A stretch of DNA of 64,000 nucleotides from Deltaproteobacteria bacterium. Lineage in GTDB: Bacteria > Desulfobacterota > Binatia > UBA1149 > SPBQ01. The stretch lies in NCBI GenBank assembly GCA_029262375.1, contig JAJCZM010000026.1, forward strand, positions 40,198 through 104,197, written 5' to 3'. Both the position numbers and the translations under genes were made by a program. The notes beneath the pieces were generated by a model. It was not told the origin of the DNA. It worked only from the letters and a program-made list of their open reading frames with translations, and did no database searches. The stretch's first letter is position 1. Each line of letters begins with the position of its first letter. Below are positions 32,540 to 42,466 of this stretch, in pieces.

Positions 32540-32612
32540 GCGACTCCTGTAGCAGGGCGCGGGGGCGGAGGCGACGCACGGACGCAGTCGCGGCCGCGCG
32601 CAAGTCGTGAGC

Positions 32613-33503
32613 CTACGAAACGACTGGAATGCGGTAGCAAACCAGGCCTGCGGCCCGCAGCGAGCCATCGGTAGGAGACCACAACTCGACCTCACTGGTG
32701 AACGCCGTGCCAAGTCGTGAGAGCAAACGGCCGCTTCCCACGACCGGCCCCGGCGCCGACGATGCGAACACCGCGCTGAGCGATACGGTCGCTCCGATAC
32801 TCTCTCGTGTCACCGACTCGGTAGTGTACGCGGCCATCGAACCGCAGTTATCGAGCAGCCCGACGACGGCACCGTCATCGATGTGACCATCCGCGTCCTC
32901 GTTGGGCGCGACCGGGATGAGTAGCGATTGCCAGTCGTCCACGAATTCGTCGAATACGATCAATCCGGACTCTTCCAGAAAGGGCGAACCTTCGACCGGC
33001 CTTCCGTCCTCGATCGAGACACGCCCGAACATGGCCGCGCGCCTACTGCCGCCGCTGTCAGTCACGGACGACTCCGGCGCGCCCATCTGATGAATCGCCA
33101 AACTGGCCGCTCCAGTCGCAACCACGTCGCCCGTGTCGCTATCGACGCGCAAGGCCACGTGCGCGACATCTCGACCGCGCCGTACGACTTCACCGTGCGC
33201 ACGCACGCCTACGTTGCGCGCCGCACCGAGGTAGGAAATCGAAAGTCCGCGCACGCTGATCGCTTTGCTCTCGCTCGGCTCGCGCTCTGTCGACGCCACA
33301 GCCAGCATCGCCGCAGAGATCATGAGCGACGCGTGCGCTCCGCCGTGAAGATTCCCACTGCGGTTGGCGTTCGTCGCACGCATCGCGAGAGCGACGACCG
33401 CCCGGCCGTCGCCGGCGTGCTCGAATCGCGCACCGAGGCGCTGCTGATACCTGCTTGCTTCGAACAGTGCGCGTACGCGCTCGGATAGTCCTTTGCTACT
33501 CAT
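32613..33503 (-). CDS. tandem hotdog-fold (PaaI-like) thioesterase-superfamily protein
   Basis: NLHGGAHASLMISAAMLAV is a typical PaaI/4HBT motif. A second, degenerate hotdog half follows. Confidence 0.5.
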   Translation of the reverse strand: MSSKGLSERVRALFEASRYQQRLGARFEHAGDGRAVVALAMRATNANRSGNLHGGAHASLMISAAMLAVASTEREPSESKAISVRGLSISYLGAARNVGVRAHGEVVRRGRDVAHVALRVDSDTGDVVATGAASLAIHQMGAPESSVTDSGGSRRAAMFGRVSIEDGRPVEGSPFLEESGLIVFDEFVDDWQSLLIPVAPNEDADGHIDDGAVVGLLDNCGSMAAYTTESVTRESIGATVSLSAVFASSAPGPVVGSGRLLSRLGTAFTSEVELWSPTDGSLRAAGLVCYRIPVVS

Positions 33504-33543
33504 GCTTGTCGGCGTACTTGCGTCAGCTGCCCCTGACAGTCAA

Positions 33544-34656
33544 ATGCCGAACGTGATGAACACGGTAGCAATGGTCCAAACCGCACCGCGAACGCTCCAA
33601 GCGCGAGAGCTACCGGTGCCGGATATCGGTGACGATGACGGCCTGCTCCGTGTCGAGGCCTGCGGCATTTGTGGATCCGATTGCGAGCAATTCACCGGCG
33701 TCCTGCCGGTACGGATGCCGGTGATCCCGGGCCACGAACCGCTGGGGTTCATCGAGAAGGTCGGCAAAAACGCGGCAAAACGCTGGGGGGTGCGCGAAGG
33801 CGATCGCGTCGTCGTGGAACCCATCCTCAGCTGCGGCAACTGCGCTATCTGTAAGCGCGGGCTGCGGCATCTGTGCTCCGACATGAGCGAAGGATTCCGC
33901 TGCTACAGCTACATCCCCGTCGCGACACCGCCATCGCTTTGGGGCGCATACTCGAAGTTCATGTATCTCGACGCCGACACGATGATGCACAAGATCGATC
34001 CGACGCTGCCGCCCGAGATCGCCGTTCTGTACAATCCACTCGGCGCGGGATTTCGTTGGGCCGGGGAACTCGGCGGCATCAAGGCCGGGGATACCGTTCT
34101 GATCATCGGTCCCGGACAACGCGGCCTCGCAAGCGTCCTGGTAGCGGTAGCAGCCGGTGCCGAGCGCATCATCGTTTCCGGTCTCAGTAAGGATCAGAAC
34201 AAGCTCGCGCTCGCTCGACGCTACGGCGCTACACACACGATCAACGTCGATGAAGACGACTTGGTGAGTTCAGTACGAGAAATCACAGGCGGCGCCGGCG
34301 CCGATGTCACCGTCGAAGTCAGCGCGTACGCAGTCGAACCGGTCGCTCAATCTCTGAGCACGACCAAGCGCGGCGGCACCATCGTGCTGGCAGGCGTAAA
34401 GGGCATGAAAGAAGTTCCCGGTTTCGTTTCCGACCTTGCCGTGGTGCAGGAACTCACGATCAAAGGCGCGCTCGGTGTGACGTCGACGGCATTTCGAGAC
34501 GCGATCGCACTGATCGAACGCCGCGAAGTCGATTTGAGCGCGATGCACACACATTCCTTTCCGCTTGCTGAGGCGGAGACGGCAGTGCGTACGCTGGCCG
34601 GTGAAATAGAGGGCGAAAGCGCCATCGCCTGCTGCCTACTGATCGACTCGGACTAG
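33544..34656 (+). CDS. zinc-dependent alcohol dehydrogenase (MDR family)
   Basis: GICGSDCEQ...GHEPLG Zn-binding motifs and a GPGQRGLA Rossmann motif. Confidence 0.85.
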   Translation: MPNVMNTVAMVQTAPRTLQARELPVPDIGDDDGLLRVEACGICGSDCEQFTGVLPVRMPVIPGHEPLGFIEKVGKNAAKRWGVREGDRVVVEPILSCGNCAICKRGLRHLCSDMSEGFRCYSYIPVATPPSLWGAYSKFMYLDADTMMHKIDPTLPPEIAVLYNPLGAGFRWAGELGGIKAGDTVLIIGPGQRGLASVLVAVAAGAERIIVSGLSKDQNKLALARRYGATHTINVDEDDLVSSVREITGGAGADVTVEVSAYAVEPVAQSLSTTKRGGTIVLAGVKGMKEVPGFVSDLAVVQELTIKGALGVTSTAFRDAIALIERREVDLSAMHTHSFPLAEAETAVRTLAGEIEGESAIACCLLIDSD

Positions 34657-35197
34657 TAGAGCCAGCCCGTCTTTCGTTCGGTCTCGTTAGGATCGACACC
34701 GAAATACGCGGCGCCTCCTTGCAGATACATCAGCGAGAACGTGATGAACGGCAGTACGAACATCTGCCAAGCCATGATGGCGTCGTCGTCGTCATCTGCC
34801 AAGCCATGATGACGACGACGCCCTCGCCGCTCCCGCCACGCACTCCCCAGATCACGAACGAGACGAGTAGGTAGAGTAGGTAGATCATCGCGCCGGTGCG
34901 CGCCCAGCGTTTGAGCAACCAAAGTCCCACCGCGCCTACCATATATATAGCGATGTCGACGAGCCCGGCGGCGACCGCAAACCGACCCGAGAGATTCATG
35001 CCCAGCCATACATGCCTGTAGTCCTCGGTCTGACCGACGATCTCTACGAATCCTACGACTGCCATCGTCGCCGCAACCAAGCTCAGCGCGATCACGAAGC
35101 GCGGCTTCCTGCTCACCCTCTCCAACGCGAAGGTGGCAGCGACGAGTCCGAGGCCGATCGCCAATCCGATCAGTGGAGTCTGTAGTGATGCGGGCAT
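34653..35197 (-). pseudogene. membrane protein gene disrupted by a 32-bp quasi-palindromic insertion/duplication (frameshift)
   Basis: Frame A (34730-35197) ends ...VVVIMAWQM-TTTTPSWLGRC*. Frame B (34653-35009) resumes ...IMAWQM-FVLPFITFSLMYLQGG. The inserted 32 nt are revcomp(GCGTCGTCGTCGT) plus a direct copy of ATCATGGCTTGGCAGATG. Confidence 0.45.
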
Positions 35198-35499
35198 GCA
35201 GCCCCCAAGCTACCCGCGCCGATCAACAAGCAAAACATCCCCCCCTGACGCGGCGCACGTACAGAGATGCACGAAGCGGACGCGATCCGAACGCATCACG
35301 CGAGCGACGTCGCGAAAATGCCGCGGGATACAAGCGTGTCCGCCCCTGTGCAGTTGGCACCACATTTGCGACAGCACATGCGTAGGCCGCTATGCCCCGA
35401 CCGTGGGAATCGGGCCGGATCGACACGCCGCCGCCGCACGCCAAGGCAACCGGCTGAGACTCGATCCACCCCACGGCGCGAGGTGCGGAGGGCAAAACG

Positions 35500-36621
35500 A
35501 TGACGTGGAATGAGATACTATCGCGGGTAAGCACGCGCAGCAGACGCACGAAACGCAAACGCCGGGCATCGGCTCGTCGACGCAATCGCGCGCAAGACGC
35601 TACAGACCGACCTCTGCGGTCGGGATTCAACCGTTTGTCGTCTTCTATTCGAGCGATGACGGCCCGGCAGCAGAGCAACACGCCGGCTCGCAAGCGAAGC
35701 CGCCGCTCTGTTGCCACATCGAGTGGGATTCCAGAGCGCATTCCCACGATCGAGTTCAGTCTCGGCGCCGGCGAGTCCGCCGACTTCAATCTCACAGCTG
35801 CCGAGGCCCTCGACAAGAAAGTACTCCTCGGCGAGATTCGCCGACTCCAAGACGCCAACGAGCAGCTTCTGGCAGAGTTGAGGCGAACCACCGAGGGCGG
35901 CAGTGCCCCGTTCTATACATCGGCGCACGATCTGAAGACTCCGCTTTGTACGCTCGAGTCCGTCGTCGATGCGCTTCTGCAATCGCTCACCGAAGAAAAG
36001 GCAGGCGAACAGTCGCGTAACCTTGCGCGTCTGGTCGAGCTCACGAGCAAGCGCATGCGTTGCCTCGTCGATGACCTCCTCGATCTCGGGCGCGTTGGAT
36101 CGCATGCCGATCTCGACGAGCTCGTGGATCTGGGCGAGATCGTCACGAGTGCACTCGATCGCAATGCGGCCATGATCGAATCGAACGAGGTGTTCGTCCA
36201 GGTCACGGGCACGCTCCCCATCGTCCGAGCGCCCAGGCGCGATCTACGCGCCGTAGTGGCCAACATCGTGGAGAACGCCGTCAAATACGCCCCGGCCGAG
36301 GGCCGGCACACCATCGCGGTCGGTGCCGACGAAACCGCTGATGGCGCCGTCGTTTGGGTGCGAGATACAGGCTGCGGATTCGCCCCAGCGAAAATCGAAG
36401 AAGCGTTTCAAGCATACGTACGCTGCAACTCCGACATAGACGGAACCGGTCTCGGGCTGGCCATCGTCAAGAAAGCCGTCGACGGCTGGGGTGGACGCGT
36501 ATGGATCGAGACGGCGCCGGGCACCGGCACCACCGTCTCGTTCACCGTTCCGAGCGCAAAGCTCGCACGGAACGTCGAGCCGAATGCACCTCGTGCGTAT
36601 CGGCAGGAGGAACTGACATGA
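35500..36621 (+). CDS. cytoplasmic sensor histidine kinase (HisKA + HATPase_c)
   Basis: H-box FYTSAHDLKTPLCTLES. N, G1 (VRDTGCGF) and G2 (GTGLGLAIV) boxes. No TM segment. Arg-rich N-terminus. Its stop overlaps the start of the next gene (ATGA). Confidence 0.75.
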   Translation: MTWNEILSRVSTRSRRTKRKRRASARRRNRAQDATDRPLRSGFNRLSSSIRAMTARQQSNTPARKRSRRSVATSSGIPERIPTIEFSLGAGESADFNLTAAEALDKKVLLGEIRRLQDANEQLLAELRRTTEGGSAPFYTSAHDLKTPLCTLESVVDALLQSLTEEKAGEQSRNLARLVELTSKRMRCLVDDLLDLGRVGSHADLDELVDLGEIVTSALDRNAAMIESNEVFVQVTGTLPIVRAPRRDLRAVVANIVENAVKYAPAEGRHTIAVGADETADGAVVWVRDTGCGFAPAKIEEAFQAYVRCNSDIDGTGLGLAIVKKAVDGWGGRVWIETAPGTGTTVSFTVPSAKLARNVEPNAPRAYRQEELT

Positions 36622-39002
36622 AAGATCGCGGATTGGTTCTCATTGCAGACGACGATTCGTTACTGAGCCGTACCATCGCAGCCGCGCTGCGGCGTGCCGG
36701 CTACAGAACCATCACGGCCCGCAACGGTGAAGAGGCCGTCACGCTGGCGGAACGTCGCAGCCCGCATGCCGTCATCCTCGATTTCATGATGCCCGTGATG
36801 GACGGCATGGAGACTGCGCGCGCGATGAAAGCGAACGAAAAGACCCGGGAGATCCCGATCGTTCTTCTGAGCGCCGCGAACAACTACGACTTGGAGCGGC
36901 TCTCGCACTGCGGCGACGCGTGGTGGTCCGCCCGGCTAGAGAAGCCGATCACCATGCAGACGCTTCTACGAACGATGGAGCGCGTGATGTCGGTCGGCGC
37001 GGTCGGAAGCGAGCACGCAGCCGAGATCGATCCCGGCGAAACGACACGCGAGTACATGCGACAGACGCTCGATCGGCTCGACACGGTTCGGTTGGACCTC
37101 GAGCCGGGTAAGCCTGTGCCCGCGGCCAGTCGCGCCTACGAGATGGGACTGCGCCACTCACGCCGCCTTCGCGAAGGCGCTATCGATCTGAAATCCGCGA
37201 AGCTCGAGCGTCTTGCGGGCGAGGCCGAGATCCTACTCGAAACCGGTATGGTCGAGGGCGGTCTGGGTGAGAAGGCCCTCGGGCGGCTCCATGGCATCGT
37301 CGAGAAACTTGCTGCCGCCCTCAACGGTAAGATCCGCGCGCGAGCGGTCTCGCAGACAACGGCAAGCGACGCGACTCCCACAACAAAGGTGCCCTGGGTC
37401 TTACTGGTCTGCGACGATCCGGAGTACTCGATCGCGATAGCATCACGAGCACGCTTCTACGGCGTGTGCGTCAACAACGTGGCACAGCCGGATCTCGCAT
37501 GCGGCATCGCACGCCGCTACCCATTCGCCGGAATCGCAATCGCCGGATCGATCGCATCGGATGCCGCCGACGCAGTCGACTCGTTACGCCGCGTTTGCCC
37601 GCAGGTACCCATCGTGGTTGCCGGCGCCGGACGCGCAGACGCTCATCGCGCCGCACTGAAGGCAGGCGCCGATCGAATCCTGCCTGCCGGGGCGGATCCC
37701 GAACGAGTCATCGCGGCCGCCAGCGAGCTGATCCATCAGGGCAAGCCCACGCTCGGCACCGTACTCGCCGTTGCAGAAGATCCCGCAATTCTAGGGATGG
37801 TCGAACACCAGCTTCTCGATCTCGGCTGCAACGTCGTTTCGATCCCGTCACTGACCGCCTTGTCGGAAACGGTAGAGGTGATTCAGCCCGATATCCTACT
37901 GGCCGACATTGGCGAATCCGTAGACGAGTACATTGAAGCCGTGATGCAGCTGCGCTCGCAGGCGCGCTGGAGTGCGTTGCCGGTGGTAGGAATCGCTCGC
38001 AATGCGGTCGCTGCGCAGGCGTTGGCGGGCCGCAAGGACGCTGCAGATTCGGTCGTCGTGCGCGACCGACTCTCCGAGCAAATACGCAGCGCGGTCTTCG
38101 ACATCATGCGCTCGAAGGGCACGAGCCGGACGCTGGAACTCGACGCTGTCACCGGCGCACTCAGTCGCGACGCGTTCCTTTCAGCAGGCGCCACCGTACT
38201 CGAACAAGCACAGTCATCCGGCACCCGAGCCGTTCTCGCCGGAATAGACGTCGACACGACCTCTCTCGAGGAACGCATCGGAGAGGGTGCGGCCGATCTC
38301 ATGCTGAAAGCGGTGTACCAGCGAGTGCGCGACTCACTGTCCGATTGCGATCCGATCATCGGCAGGCTCGATGGTGGATACTTCGCAATCCTCGCGCGAG
38401 ATGCCGATCACGATGCCGTTCACAAGACGTTGGCGGTCGCCGCGAGTGTGTTTACCCCATCGGTATCGATCCGCACCGGCGCATCGATTTACACCGGTGG
38501 CCACTCGTTCAAGGAACTACTTGCCGACAGCATGAGCATGCTCGACAAACGCGCCGAGCCCGCATCGATGCCCATGCCCACGACGGACGAGGCTGAGGTC
38601 GATGCCGAACACGAAGATCGCACCCACGACACACCGCCGGTGTACATCGTCGAAGACGACAACGTACTGCGTACCGTCCTGACGGAACAACTATCGAAGG
38701 CGGGATTTGACTGTCACGGGTACGCCGATGGCAGCGAAGCGCTCGATGCTCTGCTCCAAACGGGCAAAGACGGCGATACGCCGGTCGTGCTCTTGGATCT
38801 CGACCTGCCCGGCCTCGACGGCTGGAGCGTGCTCGAGAAGCTACGCGCCGAGAAGCCGGATGTGTTCCGCACCGTCATCATGACGGCCGATGAAGACGAA
38901 GAGACCGAGTTGAAAGGATTGCGCGCAGGCGCGAGCGACTATGTCGTCAAACCGGTCAAAGTACCCGTGATGGTCGAACGGATCCGCCGCCTCATTGCAT
39001 AG
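36618..39002 (+). CDS. multidomain response regulator: REC - helical (Hpt-like) - 2 degenerate REC-like - degenerate GGDEF (GGYF) - REC
   Basis: N-terminal REC (LIADDD...ILDFMMPVMDG...K). C-terminal REC (VYIVEDDN...LLDLDLPGLDG...VVKP). RLDGGYFAIL in place of RxGGDEF. 794 aa from ATG 36618. Confidence 0.7.
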   Translation: MKDRGLVLIADDDSLLSRTIAAALRRAGYRTITARNGEEAVTLAERRSPHAVILDFMMPVMDGMETARAMKANEKTREIPIVLLSAANNYDLERLSHCGDAWWSARLEKPITMQTLLRTMERVMSVGAVGSEHAAEIDPGETTREYMRQTLDRLDTVRLDLEPGKPVPAASRAYEMGLRHSRRLREGAIDLKSAKLERLAGEAEILLETGMVEGGLGEKALGRLHGIVEKLAAALNGKIRARAVSQTTASDATPTTKVPWVLLVCDDPEYSIAIASRARFYGVCVNNVAQPDLACGIARRYPFAGIAIAGSIASDAADAVDSLRRVCPQVPIVVAGAGRADAHRAALKAGADRILPAGADPERVIAAASELIHQGKPTLGTVLAVAEDPAILGMVEHQLLDLGCNVVSIPSLTALSETVEVIQPDILLADIGESVDEYIEAVMQLRSQARWSALPVVGIARNAVAAQALAGRKDAADSVVVRDRLSEQIRSAVFDIMRSKGTSRTLELDAVTGALSRDAFLSAGATVLEQAQSSGTRAVLAGIDVDTTSLEERIGEGAADLMLKAVYQRVRDSLSDCDPIIGRLDGGYFAILARDADHDAVHKTLAVAASVFTPSVSIRTGASIYTGGHSFKELLADSMSMLDKRAEPASMPMPTTDEAEVDAEHEDRTHDTPPVYIVEDDNVLRTVLTEQLSKAGFDCHGYADGSEALDALLQTGKDGDTPVVLLDLDLPGLDGWSVLEKLRAEKPDVFRTVIMTADEDEETELKGLRAGASDYVVKPVKVPVMVERIRRLIA

Positions 39003-39049
39003 TGGCATGAGGCGGCGGCCGGTTCGTAAACGCCCGATCGATCGTCGGA

Positions 39050-39490
39050 CTACTTTTTCTGGTCGGCGATCGCCTTGTCCACATCGATGAACTGGGCACC
39101 TTCGCCGCGCGCGGGGTCGTCGCGAAGCATTCCAATCACCATGCAGTTGCGCTCGGCACCGCTACGGTTCGTGCAGTAGAGTGCCTCACCGCCGGCTACC
39201 GGCATACCCGGTCCGAACGCGGTGCACCCGATACCGCCGAAATTCAGCGCTTCACCGTCGCGACCGAGTTCCACACGCACCGCCGCGTGCGAAACGCAGG
39301 CCTGGGTGACAACAAGTTCCATCCCGCCCGGTACGCGATACATCTCGGTCGTACGACCGGGGCGCGCATCTACACGTGCGCTGATAAGCCGCTCTGCTGC
39401 GGCATCGCCCGCGGACTGAGCCGAAGGGACCATGAACAACAGCAGGGCCGTCGTGAGCACTGCTTTGCCGATTCTTTTCATTTCAAACAC
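39050..39490 (-). CDS. small secreted hypothetical protein
   Basis: Signal peptide (AVLTTALLLFMVPSAQSA), 6 Cys, no known motif. Confidence 0.4.
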   Translation of the reverse strand: MFEMKRIGKAVLTTALLLFMVPSAQSAGDAAAERLISARVDARPGRTTEMYRVPGGMELVVTQACVSHAAVRVELGRDGEALNFGGIGCTAFGPGMPVAGGEALYCTNRSGAERNCMVIGMLRDDPARGEGAQFIDVDKAIADQKK

Positions 39491-39879
39491 CTCGTACGCC
39501 GGAGCGTTTCTTGACGTATGCGGTATACGCTAGGCGCCATATCTCGCTGCTGTCCATCGACCCGCTCCCCCCTTCGGGTGCGGCGCCTCGAGGTATTTGA
39601 GAAAGTACTACCAAACCACGCAGCCGCCACGGCGAACCGCACGGCATCGCCGATCCGAACAGACCAACGACGCCCAACCGCTCAAGCGCATTGCATGGCA
39701 ATTCATGCAGTGCGCGCGCGTGCACCTGCACGACGCACAGAGCGCGCAAGCACGCGAAACCGCTGAAAAAGGCATCGCCAAAAATGCTCGGTGTTACGCT
39801 AGTAGGGATCGGCAGGTGTATCCCTGCGCGATACCGCTGTGGCTCTGACCGCACGGTACGCATGCCGACAAACGTAGCA

Positions 39880-40377
39880 ATGCGCGTATTGGTTTTTGAG
39901 ATAGACGGGCAGCGATTCGGGCTCGACGCATCCGGAGTCCGCGAGGTACTTCCGGCGGCCGCGCTCACCACGATCCCGAAGCTCCCGCCTGCAATCGAGG
40001 GCGTTCTCGACGTACGCGGCGTCGTCGTCCCCGTCATCGGCATGCGGCGCGCGTTGGGGCTCGATGATCGTGCGATGCGCTCGACCGACCATCTGGTACT
40101 CACCATGCACAGAGTCTCCGAGGAGCGTGGCGAATGCCTGGTTGGTCTGCACGTGGACCACGCCGTTGAGATCATTGCCATCGACGAAGCGAACCTTAGT
40201 CTCGCAGCCGACGGCGACACCACCGCCACGCACATCGCGCGTCTCGAGGGCGGCCTGATGTCGATCCACCTGGTCGAAGCAATTGTCGCCGATTGGATCG
40301 CGCAGCCGCGTGAGACGCTCGGCATCGGCGAGACAGCCACTCGCGTCGACGAAGGAAGCACACATGCAGCCAAGTAG
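39880..40377 (+). CDS. cheW: CheW-like coupling protein
   Basis: MRVLVFEIDGQRFGLDASGVREVL...VDHAVEII CheW fold pattern. 165 aa from ATG 39880. Confidence 0.75.
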   Translation: MRVLVFEIDGQRFGLDASGVREVLPAAALTTIPKLPPAIEGVLDVRGVVVPVIGMRRALGLDDRAMRSTDHLVLTMHRVSEERGECLVGLHVDHAVEIIAIDEANLSLAADGDTTATHIARLEGGLMSIHLVEAIVADWIAQPRETLGIGETATRVDEGSTHAAK

Positions 40378-41821
40378 TTTCACTACGGCGCATAGCCAGC
40401 TGTTGCAGTTTCTGTCGGAGCGGATGGGGCTCGAGCTGATCGGCACCCGGCGCGACGCAGCACTTTCGGCGATTCGCAGCGCGATGGCCGAGAGCGATGT
40501 CGAGACGTTCGACGAGTACTACGAACGCATCACGTCCGAAGACATCCATCTCGATCGATTGATCGACGCCGTATCCGTCGGTGAAACGTACTTTTTTCGT
40601 GAACCGGCGCAGTTCGAATTCCTACGCAATCACATCATTACCGGCCTGCAAGACGCGCGAGGCTACGACACACCGATCCATTGCTGGAGTGCCGGCTGCG
40701 CCAGCGGTGAGGAGGCGTACTCGATCGCAATTCTCCTCGAAGACATGGGCGTATCGCCGAGCTCACGAGTACTCGGCACCGATATCTCGAAGTCCGCGAT
40801 CGAACAGGCTCGCGCGGGGCTTTATCGTGCCTGGTCGCTGCGAACCGCCGACGCGGCGTTCATGGACCGCTACTTCTCTCTCGACGGCCTCAACTATCGC
40901 CTCTGCGACCGCATCCGCGAACGCGCAATATTCGAGCGCCACAATCTCACTGCACCAGTTGCGCCCGACATGGTCGTCGCTGAGTCGTGCGATGTGATCT
41001 TCCTGCGCAACGTACTCATTTACTTCGGTCGCGACGCAGCGACCGTTCTCATCGAACGTTTGGTTTCGTGCTTGACTGACGGTGGTTGGTTGATCACCGC
41101 ATCCTGCGATCCACCCATTCAAGGCCATCCGACCTTGGAATCCATTTCGAGCGAAGGCTGTGTGTTCTATCGTCATCGCAAGTCCGGCGCGCGCACCTTT
41201 CCGACTGTACGCAGCATTGCGATCGCACCCGAATGCGAACAACGCTTCGTTTCGACGCTGCCGGCGGCGGTACCGACAGTCAACGAAGTCGCAACGAAGC
41301 CGCATCCTTTCGATAGAGATGCGGCCGAAAAAGCATCACGCGTCGGAGATTACGTCGAAGTAATTCGTCTCACAGCCGACCACCCGGACGATCCGACGGC
41401 GAAAGCGATTTCCATCCGTGCAACCGCCAACTTGACGGGATCTCTCGGTGCCTACCGTGAATGCGACCGCTCGTGCAGAGACCACCCGTTCTCCGTCGAA
41501 CTACACTACCTGCGCGGGCTCTTCCTGTTCGACCTCGGGCGCAGTAGCGACGCAGCCGACGCGTTTCGACGCGTCGTCTATCTCGACCCTACGTTGGCGC
41601 TCGCTCACTTCTCGCTCGGTACCATCCTGGCGAAGTCCGGTGATATCTCGCGCGCCCGCCGCGCATTCCAGACCGCACACGGCCTGTGCATGGCAATGGA
41701 CCCCGATGCCATCATTCCCTTGACAGAACATGAACCGGCGTCGCGCCTCGCAGCCGCAGCCAGATCGCAGATTGACGGACTCGCTCCAGCCGACGACACA
41801 GCCATCGGTGAAAACCCATGA
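40364..41821 (+). CDS. cheR: chemotaxis methyltransferase CheR with C-terminal TPR repeats
   Basis: YFFREPAQFEF, IHCWSAGCASGEEAYSIAI (SAM-MTase motif I) and VIFLRNVLIYF motifs. C-terminal TPR-like helices. Confidence 0.85.
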   Translation: MQPSSFTTAHSQLLQFLSERMGLELIGTRRDAALSAIRSAMAESDVETFDEYYERITSEDIHLDRLIDAVSVGETYFFREPAQFEFLRNHIITGLQDARGYDTPIHCWSAGCASGEEAYSIAILLEDMGVSPSSRVLGTDISKSAIEQARAGLYRAWSLRTADAAFMDRYFSLDGLNYRLCDRIRERAIFERHNLTAPVAPDMVVAESCDVIFLRNVLIYFGRDAATVLIERLVSCLTDGGWLITASCDPPIQGHPTLESISSEGCVFYRHRKSGARTFPTVRSIAIAPECEQRFVSTLPAAVPTVNEVATKPHPFDRDAAEKASRVGDYVEVIRLTADHPDDPTAKAISIRATANLTGSLGAYRECDRSCRDHPFSVELHYLRGLFLFDLGRSSDAADAFRRVVYLDPTLALAHFSLGTILAKSGDISRARRAFQTAHGLCMAMDPDAIIPLTEHEPASRLAAAARSQIDGLAPADDTAIGENP

Positions 41822-42447
41822 GCAGCGAAATCCACGGACAACTGAATTCGGGCAGGTCGGCGACGAACCGCGGCTACGTCACCGAGCTGCGAGAACGTGC
41901 CGAGATAGCGCTCGACACGCTGACTGCGCCCCCTACGGACTTCGGCACAGAACTCCTGGAACAGCGTGCGCAGGACTTGGCGCGTCGCACCGACGAATCG
42001 ATCGACACCGACGACCTGACCGACGTCGTCGTCTTCCACGTCGGGCTGGGGACTTACGCCATCGAGACGACGCATACGCATCATATCGTACGCGTAACAA
42101 GCCTAGCACCGATCCCGGGGTGCGACAGTTACCTCAAGGGCGTCTGTTTGTACGGCGGTGAGATCGTTCCGGTCTTCGATATATCGACCGTGCTGGGCGA
42201 GACGACGAATATTCCGGCGACGAATGCGTGGGCGATACTTCTCGGTGAGTCCGAGATCGAAGTCGCAGTCGTGGTCGACCGTGTCGACACACTCACGACG
42301 ATACGAACAAACGAACTAGAAAAGCTTTCGCGCGCGGCGCTGATCAGCGAGGCCGGCAAATTCATCGAGGGCACGCTGCCCAGCGGCTTGACGCTCATTA
42401 GCGCGGCACGACTTCTCGAGCACGAGACGATGAGAATTTCGCGCTGA
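41818..42447 (+). CDS. second CheW-like domain protein
   Basis: [24 protein letters not shown]...[14 protein letters not shown] CheW-like pattern. Confidence 0.65.
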   Translation: MSSEIHGQLNSGRSATNRGYVTELRERAEIALDTLTAPPTDFGTELLEQRAQDLARRTDESIDTDDLTDVVVFHVGLGTYAIETTHTHHIVRVTSLAPIPGCDSYLKGVCLYGGEIVPVFDISTVLGETTNIPATNAWAILLGESEIEVAVVVDRVDTLTTIRTNELEKLSRAALISEAGKFIEGTLPSGLTLISAARLLEHETMRISR

Positions 42448-42466
42448 CAGCAGCGCTTGGAGTGGA

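Noticed and set aside
35223-35891. Long minus-strand ORFs overlapping the HK/response-regulator genes and others (e.g. 35223-35891, 45946-46746, 47113-47814, 43406-44131)
   Set aside because: Arg/Ala/Pro-rich translations are typical of the antisense frames of high-GC coding DNA. Each overlaps a gene with clear domain signatures on the other strand.
39490-39880. Small inverted repeats (TGCATG-n6-CATGCA; GC-rich palindromes) upstream of the che cluster as defined operator sites
   Set aside because: They are short and degenerate. They are noted only as a possible regulatory region, and the support is not enough for a feature call.
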